A stretch of 64,000 bases of DNA from Candidatus Obscuribacterales bacterium (GCA_965228855.1 CBDDIJ010000003.1:2496001-2560000); one strand, 5' to 3'; positions 1-10,612 are shown, counted from the first letter of the stretch. Numbers and translations: made by a program. The notes: a model not told the origin generated them from the sequence alone.

Positions 1-33
1 GCCACGTCGCTTCCATCGAACTCTCAGACTTCG

Positions 34-636
34 TTGCCGTTAAGCACCATATCCTCGGTTAAACCAACTGCGATTGCATCAGCGCCACCGCTACAGTCGG
101 GAGTTTCAGTCAATTCACAACAGTCGACCTATCAAGGCTCGGCATCCGGTGCTAATCAAGCTTCATATCCAGCACCAGTGGCGGTGCCAAATCAATTACC
201 GACGGGTCGCGGAATTAAAGGCGGATTGAAGAACTTCGCATCAGCTATCCAACAGGCTGCGGTAGATGGTTATACCGGCAATTCGGTCTCAGGCAACACA
301 AGAAATCTATATGGTGGGAGTTCCAGCAGACAGAATTTAAATGGTACCGCTTTTGGTGCGCGCCGGTTGAACTTCAATCAACCTCATCACCAGAGTCAAG
401 GAGCACCAGATCCGTTTCTTATGAAGGGAGGTTCGTTCAGGGATCCCGGAGACGGACACGGCACCTACAGCGCCATGAAAAAGAACTGGGAGCAACAACA
501 GCTGAGCAGTTTACCCGCAGTGAAACCTATTCCGCGCGTGAGCGACGAGACACTGCTATACGGCGTTTCCGCTTTTGAAAAACGAGCACTCGGACCCGCC
601 GTGCCTTTCAGGATAAAGTTCCTCGGTCTCGAATAA
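34..636 (+). CDS. Hypothetical protein (S/Q/G/N-rich); may begin upstream of the window
   Basis: 200-aa ORF with TTG start; frame is open to the window edge; no recognised domain. Confidence 0.5.
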   Translation: MPLSTISSVKPTAIASAPPLQSGVSVNSQQSTYQGSASGANQASYPAPVAVPNQLPTGRGIKGGLKNFASAIQQAAVDGYTGNSVSGNTRNLYGGSSSRQNLNGTAFGARRLNFNQPHHQSQGAPDPFLMKGGSFRDPGDGHGTYSAMKKNWEQQQLSSLPAVKPIPRVSDETLLYGVSAFEKRALGPAVPFRIKFLGLE

Positions 637-677
637 CTAACCGACGAGTGAGTTCAAAATCGAAAAAAAATGACAGC

Positions 678-944
678 TTAAGCCGGGCCTACCGCTGGAG
701 GCGCTTCTGCTGGAGGCGCTTCCTCGCCGGCCGGTCCTTTCTTCGGAGGCGGCGGTGGTGGTGGCGGCGGGGGTGGCTGCTGCTGGCGCTGACGAATCAA
801 ATTGAAGATGAGCGCATTTACAACTTGCTGCTCTTCAGTCGAAAGGTTGTCGCCGCCTTTGTCACCACCAGCCCAAACTGCTTTCGGGCACACTATTGCC
901 ACCACCAGCAATATCAGAAATAAGCGAATCAATTTAACCGACAT
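678..944 (-). CDS. Small secreted protein with poly-proline tract
   Basis: From ATG at 944: signal peptide MSVKLIRLFLILLVVAIVCPKAVWA, then QQQ-P11-KK. Confidence 0.6.
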   Translation of the reverse strand: MSVKLIRLFLILLVVAIVCPKAVWAGGDKGGDNLSTEEQQVVNALIFNLIRQRQQQPPPPPPPPPPPKKGPAGEEAPPAEAPPAVGPA

Positions 945-1255
945 GTAGTAATTTTGCTCCGAACTGATCAGCGGACAACACTCTCCGCTTGAGTCTATAG
1001 CTACCCTGAGATTATTCAAATCGCTTTTCACGAAATTTATAACTTGGTGTATCCGATCAGCCACCAATAAAAACTCTAGCTGAACACCGAAACGCCTTGC
1101 ATAAAAGCGAATAATCGAATTGCGAACATGGTACCGAAAACTATTTTAGATGAACTCCTGCGCGATTCCTTCATTACTCTTTCTTAATCACATGAGAACC
1201 AGTCCAAAACAGCTGATAATTGGATTCTCACAACAGTACATGACATGCGGCCGAG

Positions 1256-3004
1256 ATGAGCAATAACGACGGATACGTTCGACTACAACAACTCATCGGC
1301 GCGAACAGCGCTGGATGTTGCAGCGCCGATACAAGCGCTGAAAGGAAAGGATGCGCCGGAGGCGGATGCGCATGTGGACAAATTTCCGCACCTCAGTATT
1401 TGCAAATCGAGCGTTCGCGACCAGCTACTGAAGTCGCTCCCGCCCCGCCAGCCGAGCCACAGGCCCCTGAGCCTCTTCGTGGAAAACTTATCGCGCTGGC
1501 AGTCTCGGCAGTTGCCGGCGCATCCCTCGCACTTTCGTCTCCCGGATTCGATCAATCGTATATAGCTTGGTTTGGACTGGTGCCGTTCTTGTTTGCGACA
1601 TTCACCGCGCGAACACTTCTACAATCCTTCAACCGTGCCTTCGTATTTGGTGCCGCATATACACTGATGTACGGACATTGGCTACTGACCCTTCACCCTG
1701 CTTGGGCGTGGGTATCACCGGCCTACATAGGTGTCACTGCTACCTTCTGGTGGATAATTTGCGCCATTCACCAGGGCATTGTATTCGGTATCATCGCGAC
1801 GATTGCGAGAAAACTTCCATTGTGCTCAGGCTGGTTCCCTGAGTTTAATCAGGGCGTAAAACTGCCCATAATGCTCGTTTTCCCGCTTCTCTGGGTTTTG
1901 ATGCTCAACAAGTTAGCAAACTGCCCTGCTACGCTCGGCTTCCCTTGGACAATGCTCGAGTACTCGCAGTACAAGTCGGTGGAATTGCTTCAGGTAGCTA
2001 AATTCATTGGTGGTATCGGGATTGGTGCGCTAATTGTTCTCGTCAACACAGCGATCTTCTCTTTACTCGTCAACCTTTTTCCGCGCCTATCTTGCTCGCT
2101 TCCGCCGATGAAGTCAAAATTCAGTGCCATCGTAAGCTCTATATGGGTAGCGTTGATCGTTGTCGGTTTTCTCAACTTCGGACAATCAGCGCTCGTGAAT
2201 GCTGCTTCAACACAGTCCAGAACAATACCGGTTTCGCTGCTGCAAGGAAACTTGAGCGGAAAGGCAGATGATTCAAAAGCTTCGGAAATTATCTCGCGAT
2301 ATCTCAATTTGTCCACACAGGCGCCGCCTGGTTTATGCGTCTGGACTGAATGGGTTTTACCGCTGAATCTAGCTCATTCAAATGACAGAACACTTCAGGG
2401 CTTGGCAACGCTGGCAAAGTTGCAAGGTCAATCATGGCTGCTTGGCGCACTCGAAAAGAACAAAAACGGCAGAACGTTTAACGCAGCTTGCGCCCTTACG
2501 CGAGATGGAGTCATGATCGAGCCTATTTATCGAAAACGTTTTCTTGTACCGTTCCTCGAACATCTACCCGACTGGGTAAGCAAGACTCCGCTCAGAACTA
2601 TCGCCTCAACTCTCGCTCCAGGTGAGGTAGATCTTCAGCCCGGCACGACTCCGAATGTAATGGAGCTGCCTGATGCGAAAGTCGGCGCATTAATCTGCCT
2701 TGAAGTCGTACAGCCAGAACTGGTAAATGAAAGCGTAAGAGACGGCGCCGAACTTCTAGCAGATTTGAGCAATACGTCCTGGTACAACTCAGCGTTTCCC
2801 GGGAGGCAGATGATAGCTTTCTCGGTACTACGGGCGGTGGAAACATCCAGAACGGTTCTGTTTTCAACAACTGTCGGTCCGTCTGCCATCATCGATCCGA
2901 ACGGCAGAATAATAGCGGAGACGGAGCCAAGGACCTCAGCTATCTTGAGGGAGGAAGTTCCGATTAATTCTGAAATCACACCATTCGTGCGGTGGTTCCG
3001 CTAG
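1256..3004 (+). CDS. lnt: Apolipoprotein N-acyltransferase
   Basis: Multi-TM N-half, GFPW motif, nitrilase-fold triad E (WTEW), K (YRKRFLVPF), C (ICLE), RAVET and GPSAIIDPNG motifs. Confidence 0.9.
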   Translation: MSNNDGYVRLQQLIGANSAGCCSADTSAERKGCAGGGCACGQISAPQYLQIERSRPATEVAPAPPAEPQAPEPLRGKLIALAVSAVAGASLALSSPGFDQSYIAWFGLVPFLFATFTARTLLQSFNRAFVFGAAYTLMYGHWLLTLHPAWAWVSPAYIGVTATFWWIICAIHQGIVFGIIATIARKLPLCSGWFPEFNQGVKLPIMLVFPLLWVLMLNKLANCPATLGFPWTMLEYSQYKSVELLQVAKFIGGIGIGALIVLVNTAIFSLLVNLFPRLSCSLPPMKSKFSAIVSSIWVALIVVGFLNFGQSALVNAASTQSRTIPVSLLQGNLSGKADDSKASEIISRYLNLSTQAPPGLCVWTEWVLPLNLAHSNDRTLQGLATLAKLQGQSWLLGALEKNKNGRTFNAACALTRDGVMIEPIYRKRFLVPFLEHLPDWVSKTPLRTIASTLAPGEVDLQPGTTPNVMELPDAKVGALICLEVVQPELVNESVRDGAELLADLSNTSWYNSAFPGRQMIAFSVLRAVETSRTVLFSTTVGPSAIIDPNGRIIAETEPRTSAILREEVPINSEITPFVRWFR

Positions 3005-3005
3005 A

Positions 3006-4112
3006 ATGTCCCTCCTCGATCGCATCACCATTTCTGAAACCTGGCAGATGCTGGTAATAGGCATTGCGATGGTCGCAGGAGTATTCTTCGCAACTCAAGA
3101 ATTTTCGAAAATTATGAGTTTAATCTGCGATCTAGGTCTCGAACCATCAACAGCACTCTTGATCACAGCACTCCAGTTGCCTGGCACAATCGTCTGGTGC
3201 CTTCCGGCAGGCGTTCTGCTCTCAACAGGCATCGTGTTGTGGCGCAGGATTTACGATTACGAAACGCTGACGTTGCATGTGAACGGAGCGAGTACTGCAA
3301 GAATTATGGTTCCCTTCGTGCTCATGGCATTTGCAGCAAGCGTGCTCTCTCTCTGGCTCTCAGACTCGATTGTACCGGAAACGAAAGTAGTGTCGAACAA
3401 ACTCTTTTTGTCTGGCGCGCTCAACTCAAATTTGCCCAGAAGCGAAAAGTGCCTGACCTTTTTCCAATACGACATGGAAAATTCAGATCAGCCATTGAAA
3501 CAGATTATGCTTGCCGGCAGGAATCTCGATAAGAGCCTGCAAAACGTAATCATTTTCGAACTTGCGCAAAACCAGGCTCAGAAAGTCATCTGGGCGAAGA
3601 CCGGTGAATGGACGCACGGACAATGGCAACTGAGTGACGGTCACATCTATGAGGTTGTGTCGAAGAACAGTGGAGCCATGAATATGACGTTCAAAAAACT
3701 GGGCATAGACGCAATTGGCAAGATCACCGACAAATTTGCCAGCCGGGGTCCGTTCTCGACAGAACTCACAATTCAGCAACTCGGAGAAATGATTGAGAAG
3801 AAAAAGGCTAACGGCGAGAAGGTCTCAAATTCTCTTCTCTTGCGTTATCAGCGGCGTTTTTCACAGCCCGCATCGTGCCTACTTCTTGTCTTTGCCACGC
3901 TGCCACTATGTGTCGCCACGCCGAGACGCCGCAGTTTCTGGGGCTTAGCATACATCGGTATCATGGTTTCAGCTTTCTTTATCGCGCAGCAAGCAACAAC
4001 TGCGCTAGGCGACAATGGTGTACTCCCCCCCATCGCGGCCGCCTGGCTGCCAGGGATGATTCCGGTCGTTATCGGCTGCTTGACCTACGCGCTTGTACGT
4101 GGAAGAAACTGA
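3006..4112 (+). CDS. LptF/LptG family LPS export permease
   Basis: SLLDRI start, 3 TM + periplasmic beta region (AKTGEW..GQWQLSDG) + 3 TM, AAWLP end; 1 bp after lnt. Confidence 0.85.
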   Translation: MSLLDRITISETWQMLVIGIAMVAGVFFATQEFSKIMSLICDLGLEPSTALLITALQLPGTIVWCLPAGVLLSTGIVLWRRIYDYETLTLHVNGASTARIMVPFVLMAFAASVLSLWLSDSIVPETKVVSNKLFLSGALNSNLPRSEKCLTFFQYDMENSDQPLKQIMLAGRNLDKSLQNVIIFELAQNQAQKVIWAKTGEWTHGQWQLSDGHIYEVVSKNSGAMNMTFKKLGIDAIGKITDKFASRGPFSTELTIQQLGEMIEKKKANGEKVSNSLLLRYQRRFSQPASCLLLVFATLPLCVATPRRRSFWGLAYIGIMVSAFFIAQQATTALGDNGVLPPIAAAWLPGMIPVVIGCLTYALVRGRN

Positions 4113-4161
4113 ACGGCACCACCTGCGACACCACTGCTACTTCAAAACGCGATATAACACA

Positions 4162-5217
4162 TTAGCGTGCAGTATCGAGAAGCGCAGTCATCAAGCCTGT
4201 TCGAGAAACTGAACCGAAGTTTCGGCTCGATACGATATCGAATTTAGCGCCTTCCGGAACGAGCCCCAGATCAAGTTCCGGCAAAAGCTGGTTGCCCTGG
4301 TCGTCACTGCCAATCTGCAGAAAACTGATCTGCATTTCGGCGGGACTGTTTAGCTTCATGGATGTCTCTATCAATAGATCCTTTAACGAGCGTGGACTTG
4401 ATGGGGCACCGTCCGTGATGACCACAACCGAAAGCGGGCGAGTTCTGCCGAAATCTCGCTGTCTTTCGAAATACTCTTGAACAGCTGTTTTAAGAGCTTT
4501 TGTCGCATTGGTGCCACCGGAAGGTTTATACCTGGTAAAAATATCGCTGACTGATTCAATTGATACGTTGTCGAATTCAGTTACGCGATCGTCGAACAAC
4601 ACTAACTTAAGATTGCTACCGGGCATGCGCGACAATTGCGATGCAACATGCATTGTTTGTCGCCTACACCACTCCCAGCGCGTAATTCCCCCAGCACCAT
4701 TCATCGGACCGCCCATGAGGAATCGATTCAACATTGGCGGCATATTCCCGGAGGGACAGTCAGCTTCGCTCATACTGCGAGACTTGTCGATAATTATCAC
4801 AACGTCACGAGAACTGATTCGTTTCAACTGAGCCGTTGTCGGGACGCTAAACATCGCAGTGGAACCGCTCAGAGGTGCGGTCTGAGGAAAGCTGTTGTGG
4901 GGGATCGGCACAGCCTGTCGTATCGCCCGAGGGGCAACATTCGAAGCAAAACTTCCAACCAGAGCCTTACCAATCTGTAGCATCTCCGGTGAAATTTTCA
5001 CCGGTTCACTCTGAACCTGGGGAGCAGTGCGAACAACGTATTGCGAAGACTGGGAATTTGACAGAGTCTGCGTAGGGGGAACATTTGAAGTGCTGGGAAA
5101 CTGATCTTGCACGTTTCCATCAGTCACACGGTCGAGCCTGTAACTCTGCGCCCCTACAGACTGCGTCGATGACAGCATCAAAGCGCAAATAATCAGAGAG
5201 GGCAATCTTCGCAACAC
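4162..5217 (-). CDS. Secreted VWA-domain protein
   Basis: Signal peptide; MIDAS DKSRSM, GGTN and VITDGAP motifs. Confidence 0.85.
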   Translation of the reverse strand: MLRRLPSLIICALMLSSTQSVGAQSYRLDRVTDGNVQDQFPSTSNVPPTQTLSNSQSSQYVVRTAPQVQSEPVKISPEMLQIGKALVGSFASNVAPRAIRQAVPIPHNSFPQTAPLSGSTAMFSVPTTAQLKRISSRDVVIIIDKSRSMSEADCPSGNMPPMLNRFLMGGPMNGAGGITRWEWCRRQTMHVASQLSRMPGSNLKLVLFDDRVTEFDNVSIESVSDIFTRYKPSGGTNATKALKTAVQEYFERQRDFGRTRPLSVVVITDGAPSSPRSLKDLLIETSMKLNSPAEMQISFLQIGSDDQGNQLLPELDLGLVPEGAKFDIVSSRNFGSVSRTGLMTALLDTAR

Positions 5218-5309
5218 GACTTCGTTCCGCCATCGGTCAACAGAACCAACGACGAGACAACCTTCACGATGTTCCGAGACACTAAATTCTGTTCTAGCGA
5301 GAACTAAGA

Positions 5310-5555
5310 CTAGAACTGTTTAGCGCTCTGTTGCACGTTCTGCGCACCACCCGTGTAATTATAAAGAAGCAGAATTCTTCCGCCGTGCGGTCCGACGGTT
5401 AGAGCCATCATGCTCACCATCTGATACCGATACTTCAGATGCTCCAAGACCGATTTAGCAACATCATCAGCCGGCACGATGTCCTGACACACGGGGAAGG
5501 GATTCTTAAAAAACACTCCGGTCTTCAAATCGACCATGTCTGTAAGCTTAGCCAT
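5310..5555 (-). CDS. Small hypothetical protein
   Basis: ATG at 5555 (MAKLTDM), globular-looking composition, codirectional with neighbours. Confidence 0.55.
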   Translation of the reverse strand: MAKLTDMVDLKTGVFFKNPFPVCQDIVPADDVAKSVLEHLKYRYQMVSMMALTVGPHGGRILLLYNYTGGAQNVQQSAKQF

Positions 5556-5617
5556 AACTTGACTTCCCTTAAATTGCAAAGATTCCAGGCGTAAATATTA
5601 TCAAAAAAGCGGACGAG

Positions 5618-6295
5618 TCACACGCGTAACCGATAGCCAACTCGCGAGATGTTCTCGATAATCGATTTAGATAAATCTTCATCGCCATCCAGAGCCTTAC
5701 GAATTCTTCGGATTGAGGCGCGTAAACCTTCAGCCGACGCTTCCGATTCGAATTGCCAGACCCGGGCTAACAAAGTGTCGGCAGGAAAAACTTCATCCGG
5801 ATGGCGCATAAGAAATTCGAGCAGAGCAAAATCGCGCGGTAACAAATGCACTGACTGTCCTGCTTTGGTCACTCGATGCTTAACCGGATCAAGAGCGATA
5901 TCGCGCACCTGAAGAATATTGCTGGCAACGACTTCCCGGCGGCGAAGCAACGCTCTCACGCGCGCGACAAGTTCTCGCATATCAAACGGTTTCGTCAGAT
6001 AATCATCAGCACCGGTATCCAAACCTTGTTCCTTGTCTTGAATCGCGCCTTTGCCGGTCAACATCAGAACAGGCGTTTTGCCGCCGTTCGCTCGATATGA
6101 TTTCAGCAAATCGATTCCTGCCAGACCCGGCAAATTCCAGTCAAGAACGATTACATCGTATTCTGCGGCGAGCAGAAATTCCATTCCTTCGGTTCCGGTC
6201 GCGGCCCTTTCGATTGTGTGACGCTCAAGGGTTAGTCCGTCCACGATGGTCGCGGCGAAGTCGTCATCGTCTTCAACTACCAGAATCTTAGCCAT
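5618..6295 (-). CDS. OmpR/PhoB family response regulator
   Basis: MAKILVVEDD, phosphoacceptor in VLDWNLP, GADDYLTKPF, winged-helix end VGYRL; start reassigned to ATG 6295. Confidence 0.95.
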   Translation of the reverse strand: MAKILVVEDDDDFAATIVDGLTLERHTIERAATGTEGMEFLLAAEYDVIVLDWNLPGLAGIDLLKSYRANGGKTPVLMLTGKGAIQDKEQGLDTGADDYLTKPFDMRELVARVRALLRRREVVASNILQVRDIALDPVKHRVTKAGQSVHLLPRDFALLEFLMRHPDEVFPADTLLARVWQFESEASAEGLRASIRRIRKALDGDEDLSKSIIENISRVGYRLRV

Positions 6296-6377
6296 AATCT
6301 CGACATCCTGAGGTGCCTCAGGAAGACTATATCGCCCCTTATATGTTTTGCCTAGACATAAAGGGAATAATGGATTT

Positions 6378-8204
6378 ATGCGCCCGCACATGTCTTTATC
6401 AAACCAAGTTTTGTGTCTGGTCATCATCCCACTGGTGGTGCAACTGATCTCGCTTGGTGTACTTGCGTCGCTGCAGAATGAATTGGACAACGACCTGCGG
6501 AAAGCTGACCGAGCGCGGCGCATCGCGGATACTGTCCATGCGATTTGCGCCGACATGTATGATGCGATGGCGAAGAACTCCGGTGAGAAACACCGAACGG
6601 TCGAAATGCCTGATGACAAACTCTATGGTATGCCGGAAAGATTCGAGGCGAACTACAAGACGCTGAAAGCGGCAACCAGAGACAATAGTCAGGAATATCA
6701 AGTCGTCGTAAAGTCAGAAACAGCGGCAAAGGAAATTCTCAAAGTCTTTCACGCGCTTCAATTTTCGATAAATATACAAAGCGAAGAAGAAGGAAGAGAG
6801 TACCGCAAACCCTTATGGAAAGCCATTCGAGAGAAGAGCAAGGTCTTGCTCAATCAAGATCTAATTGATTTAGGCGCAAGTCAAAAATTGTTGGCGAACA
6901 AAAGCCCGGAGAAGCAAGCAGAAATTCGTGAGCGAATTCAATCAACTTTGTTTTTTGCAGGCATGTTCAATCTTATTTGCCTGCCCTTGATTGCGGCAAT
7001 CTGGGTGCGAGGCTTCGCGCATAAGGTGAAAACAATTAACGATAACCAGTTTAGACTTGCAAGCAATCTTCCACTGAACCCTGTTCTCGAGGGTGAAGAC
7101 GAGCTTGCAAAACTCGATTCTGTTTTTCACAGAATGGCTAGCGAACTGCAGGAATCTGCAAGAAAAGAGAGAGCACTGCTGGACAACGCCAAAGATTTGA
7201 TATGTTCAATAGATGCCGGCGGCAAGTTCGTCGCAATTAACCCGGCAGCCGAACCTTTACTGGGATACCATCAGGACGAACTTATCGGTGCTCATCTCGT
7301 TGACTTGATCGCACCTGATGATGCCGGTCGAGCACTTTCCTATCTCGATAAAATCAAGAATGAAACAGACGCCGCTCCTCTTGAATTAACTCTCCGGCGA
7401 AAGGACGGTACGTTTACCGAGGTGGTTCTTTCCGCGCACTATGAGCAAACCGAAAACTCGATCTTCTGTGTTGTACACGACATAACCGCACGCAAACAGG
7501 CAGAGCGTCTGCGCCAGGAAGTCGTGGCGATGGTTACGCATGATCTGCGCACTCCCCTTGGCACAGTTAAAAACGTTCTCGATTTTTTGGAAAGCGGAAA
7601 TTTTGGAAATCTTGATGAGAAGGGCAACCGATATGTTTTATCGGGGCAGAGAAACGTCGACCGCATGATGACACTTATAAACGATCTGCTGGACGTCGAA
7701 AAAATTTCTTCAGGACGCATGGAGCTCGATCTAGAAGTTTTCGAACTGGATGATTGCTTCCAAAACTGCTCGGAGCTGCACGGGGGGCTCGCGGAGGAAG
7801 CAGGTGTAAAACTAAATGTGGTGCCAACGGACATCGTAATCAAAGCGGATCACGAAAAACTTCAGCGTGTTCTTTCCAACCTTGTGACAAACGCCATCAA
7901 GTTTTCTTCTTCCGGCAGCACCGTGACCGTTAGCGCGGAAAGCCTTATTGTGGATGGTTCGAGTAAAGCGCATATAAAAGTAGAAGACCAGGGCACCGGA
8001 ATACCGGAGGATCAGATTGAATCAATCTTTGAACGGTTTCAACAGGTCAGTGGAACAGCAAAGAAATTCGGTGGATCCGGACTGGGACTTGCGATTTGCA
8101 AAGCTATCACGACTTTGCACGGCGGTCGAATCTGGGTTGAAAGCGTTCCTCATAAGGGGACTACCTTCACAGTGGAACTCGATTGCGTTATACAATCTGC
8201 CTAA
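6378..8204 (+). CDS. Sensor histidine kinase (2 TM, HAMP, PAS, HisKA, HATPase)
   Basis: THDLRTPL H-box, NLVTNAIKF N-box, DQGTGI and GSGLGL G-boxes; start uncertain (6378 or 6390). Confidence 0.95.
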   Translation: MRPHMSLSNQVLCLVIIPLVVQLISLGVLASLQNELDNDLRKADRARRIADTVHAICADMYDAMAKNSGEKHRTVEMPDDKLYGMPERFEANYKTLKAATRDNSQEYQVVVKSETAAKEILKVFHALQFSINIQSEEEGREYRKPLWKAIREKSKVLLNQDLIDLGASQKLLANKSPEKQAEIRERIQSTLFFAGMFNLICLPLIAAIWVRGFAHKVKTINDNQFRLASNLPLNPVLEGEDELAKLDSVFHRMASELQESARKERALLDNAKDLICSIDAGGKFVAINPAAEPLLGYHQDELIGAHLVDLIAPDDAGRALSYLDKIKNETDAAPLELTLRRKDGTFTEVVLSAHYEQTENSIFCVVHDITARKQAERLRQEVVAMVTHDLRTPLGTVKNVLDFLESGNFGNLDEKGNRYVLSGQRNVDRMMTLINDLLDVEKISSGRMELDLEVFELDDCFQNCSELHGGLAEEAGVKLNVVPTDIVIKADHEKLQRVLSNLVTNAIKFSSSGSTVTVSAESLIVDGSSKAHIKVEDQGTGIPEDQIESIFERFQQVSGTAKKFGGSGLGLAICKAITTLHGGRIWVESVPHKGTTFTVELDCVIQSA

Positions 8205-8331
8205 GCCATGCAGTTCGGCTCAGTCTGAAACGCCGTCACAGATTCGTCACTTATCAATCACCGATCCATCACTCGCCAATCGTAAAGTGAGAGTCATGCA
8301 CCCACGACTCCCTTACTTCGAGGATCAAACC

Positions 8332-9051
8332 ATGTCAGACGCTAGACCAGTTTCAGATGGTGCCGTTATTAATCTCAAACCAACGACACACGAAATGTCA
8401 TCGATGCATAAGGAATCGTGGCAGTATAACCCCTCTGAGAAAAAACAATTGCCGACCAAGGAGCCCGCCAACGGAACGCTTGAATTCGACGATATCTATA
8501 AGTCCACCGCTCACGTAGGAAAGCCTGTCGATTCGTTTAAAGCAACAAAGATCTCCGAAGGCAAAATGGTTGAAAAATCTGTGGACAAAACAGAAAAGCC
8601 TTTCGACAAAACTCATAAATTGGATGGAAAGACTGTAGAGAAAAATCTCGACATCGAAAAAAATAATGAGAAGAAACCGCTAGAGAAAGAAGCGAAACTC
8701 AAGAAGTTAACTGAGGAAGACATAATCGCTCTGAAGAAAAAACTAGGAGAAGCGGGCGGACGTTTGGGCGGCTCGAAATGCGACATAAAGCCAGACTTTT
8801 GGAGCGGTATTGCAAAGACGTTTGGATTTGATTCCACTCCGAAGTGTTTCTCAGGCAGCATCGGTGGTCACTTAGAGAGAGTTGACAGACCAGAAAAGCT
8901 TGAGAAGCTGAACCCTCAATACATCAAGCCACCTGTAAAAGATATGGCTGAGGTCGAAAGACAAAATATCATTGACAGAAAAAAATTCGAACAAAGCATG
9001 ACGCCGGAGCAGCTCAAAAAGATCGAAGAGATGAAAAAGAACCATAAGTAA
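8332..9051 (+). CDS. Hypothetical K/E-rich protein
   Basis: GAGGA RBS before ATG 8332 (MSDARPVS); short KxVEK-like repeats. Confidence 0.65.
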   Translation: MSDARPVSDGAVINLKPTTHEMSSMHKESWQYNPSEKKQLPTKEPANGTLEFDDIYKSTAHVGKPVDSFKATKISEGKMVEKSVDKTEKPFDKTHKLDGKTVEKNLDIEKNNEKKPLEKEAKLKKLTEEDIIALKKKLGEAGGRLGGSKCDIKPDFWSGIAKTFGFDSTPKCFSGSIGGHLERVDRPEKLEKLNPQYIKPPVKDMAEVERQNIIDRKKFEQSMTPEQLKKIEEMKKNHK

Positions 9052-9102
9052 CACTCTCGAAAAGTGTTCTGGAAGAGTTTTTTAAACAAGATGAGCAAAC
9101 GA

Positions 9103-9132
9103 AAAGTCCGGCGCAATAGCTCGCCGGACTTT
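9103..9132. terminator. Probable bidirectional intrinsic terminator
   Basis: AAAGTCCGGCG-8nt-CGCCGGACTTT inverted repeat between convergent genes. Confidence 0.7.
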
Positions 9133-9163
9133 CCGTTCATGGCGGAGCGACACCAAGGAACGC

Positions 9164-10612
9164 TCACCGACCCAGAACCCCTCCGAGGAGCCCGGTTCTG
9201 CCAGTCAGTCCACTCGTCAGACCGCCAACGGTACCTCCTACAACGCCACCGACTGTGCCACCAACGACGCCACCGACAGTAGAACCTATTCCGGCGGGAA
9301 GCACATTGGTTATATTGGTCACACCGGCTAGACCAGCATTTCTGCCGCCGCCGCCACCGAGGATGGACGTAACGGAGCTGATAGGCGAGTTTTTGCCTCC
9401 CAGGATGGAAGCTGTATTGCCGCTGAGAGCAGAGCCCATTGCCCCATTGATGAAGGTTGCATTAAGCCTGGTTTGTTTCTTTCCATATTTCACGCGAAAC
9501 TTCTTCACGCCAGCCATATTTCTTGTGGAAGAACTATTCCCGGTGACTGAATTTAGCACCGAAGTTGGTGCCCAGGTTACGAGATCTAGCGGATCTATTT
9601 TGGCTACGTCAAGCACGTCGCCGCCCAGATTATAAGAAGAAAGAATCGGTAGCTGCTTGATCTGCAGCCCTTTGAGAACCGACCCCTTCCCGCTCAAAGA
9701 TTTGAGCAAAGACCTCTGAATGAAGTCACCCTTGGCGAGCGAGACGGGGAACCCATTCAATAAGGAATTGTCGAGCGTTTTGCCGGTCAGTGAATTTACT
9801 AGCGAAACAGAGTCCAGCGAATCGAAAAGCAGTAACTCTTCCACTAGATCTCCAACAGCCTCCACTGTGCCGGGAAGGTCTAAGAGCTGGAAACCAATTA
9901 CATTTCCGAACACGTCGCATGTTCCATTTCTAGTCAACGCTTCAAGCACATCGGTTTGAGTCAGACCGCCGGTTAAAAATCCAGTATCCGGAATGGCGCT
10001 GCTCGTACTGCTTGAAGTCTTACGAGCGCGATGTGGCGCTCGATCGTTTTGCTTTCCTCGGTCTCTCTTGTCTCTTTTGTCTGCAGCTACGTAGCTCATA
10101 CCTGGCGTCAACCGCAGAACACTCTGGTCCAGTCGGTTTGTAATCTCAGCTACACCTTCCAGCACGCTTACGCGTGTACCATTAATTCCCTGGTCGAACA
10201 ATAAGGTTGTTCCCTTTGCCACGACCTGCGCGTGCTCGGTCCAGATTGTGTAGTCGCTATCGCCCGCTTTTCGATCATGATTGAAAAGGAACTTTCCGCC
10301 AACTACATATATCAAGTTTTGCTTTGGACTGACAGTGTACACCGTATTCGGTGCAGAACGTAGAGTGATGTTGTCGAACTTGGCTTCACTGAAAGAGTCT
10401 TTTCCGGTGCCAATTTGCATTCCATCGTCAATGGAATCGCCCTGCGCTGCGGGTACAGGCGCAGCCCATTGCGTGTGCTCATCGTCAGAGAAACCGCGCT
10501 TAAACACCTGCCCTTCGGCAAAAGTGAGTGTGCCGTCGCCTTCGGCAAAGGCCGCCGGTGCTTGAAGGGCACACAACGTTATTAGTGATAATGCTAGTGA
10601 ATGTAATCGCAT
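9164..10612 (-). CDS. Secreted FecR-domain protein with Gly-rich C-terminus
   Basis: Signal peptide (MRLHSLAL..AFA); IGTGKDSFSE, AQVVAKGT, TRVSVLEGVAEI FecR-type motifs. Confidence 0.75.
   Translation of the reverse strand: MRLHSLALSLITLCALQAPAAFAEGDGTLTFAEGQVFKRGFSDDEHTQWAAPVPAAQGDSIDDGMQIGTGKDSFSEAKFDNITLRSAPNTVYTVSPKQNLIYVVGGKFLFNHDRKAGDSDYTIWTEHAQVVAKGTTLLFDQGINGTRVSVLEGVAEITNRLDQSVLRLTPGMSYVAADKRDKRDRGKQNDRAPHRARKTSSSTSSAIPDTGFLTGGLTQTDVLEALTRNGTCDVFGNVIGFQLLDLPGTVEAVGDLVEELLLFDSLDSVSLVNSLTGKTLDNSLLNGFPVSLAKGDFIQRSLLKSLSGKGSVLKGLQIKQLPILSSYNLGGDVLDVAKIDPLDLVTWAPTSVLNSVTGNSSSTRNMAGVKKFRVKYGKKQTRLNATFINGAMGSALSGNTASILGGKNSPISSVTSILGGGGGRNAGLAGVTNITNVLPAGIGSTVGGVVGGTVGGVVGGTVGGLTSGLTGRTGLLGGVLGR

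Noticed and set aside
6296..6619. N-terminal extension of the response regulator ORF
   Set aside because: Overlaps the kinase on the other strand; the receiver domain starts at 6295
8017..8331. N-terminal extension of ORF 8017..9051
   Set aside because: Overlaps the kinase end; better RBS and ATG at 8332
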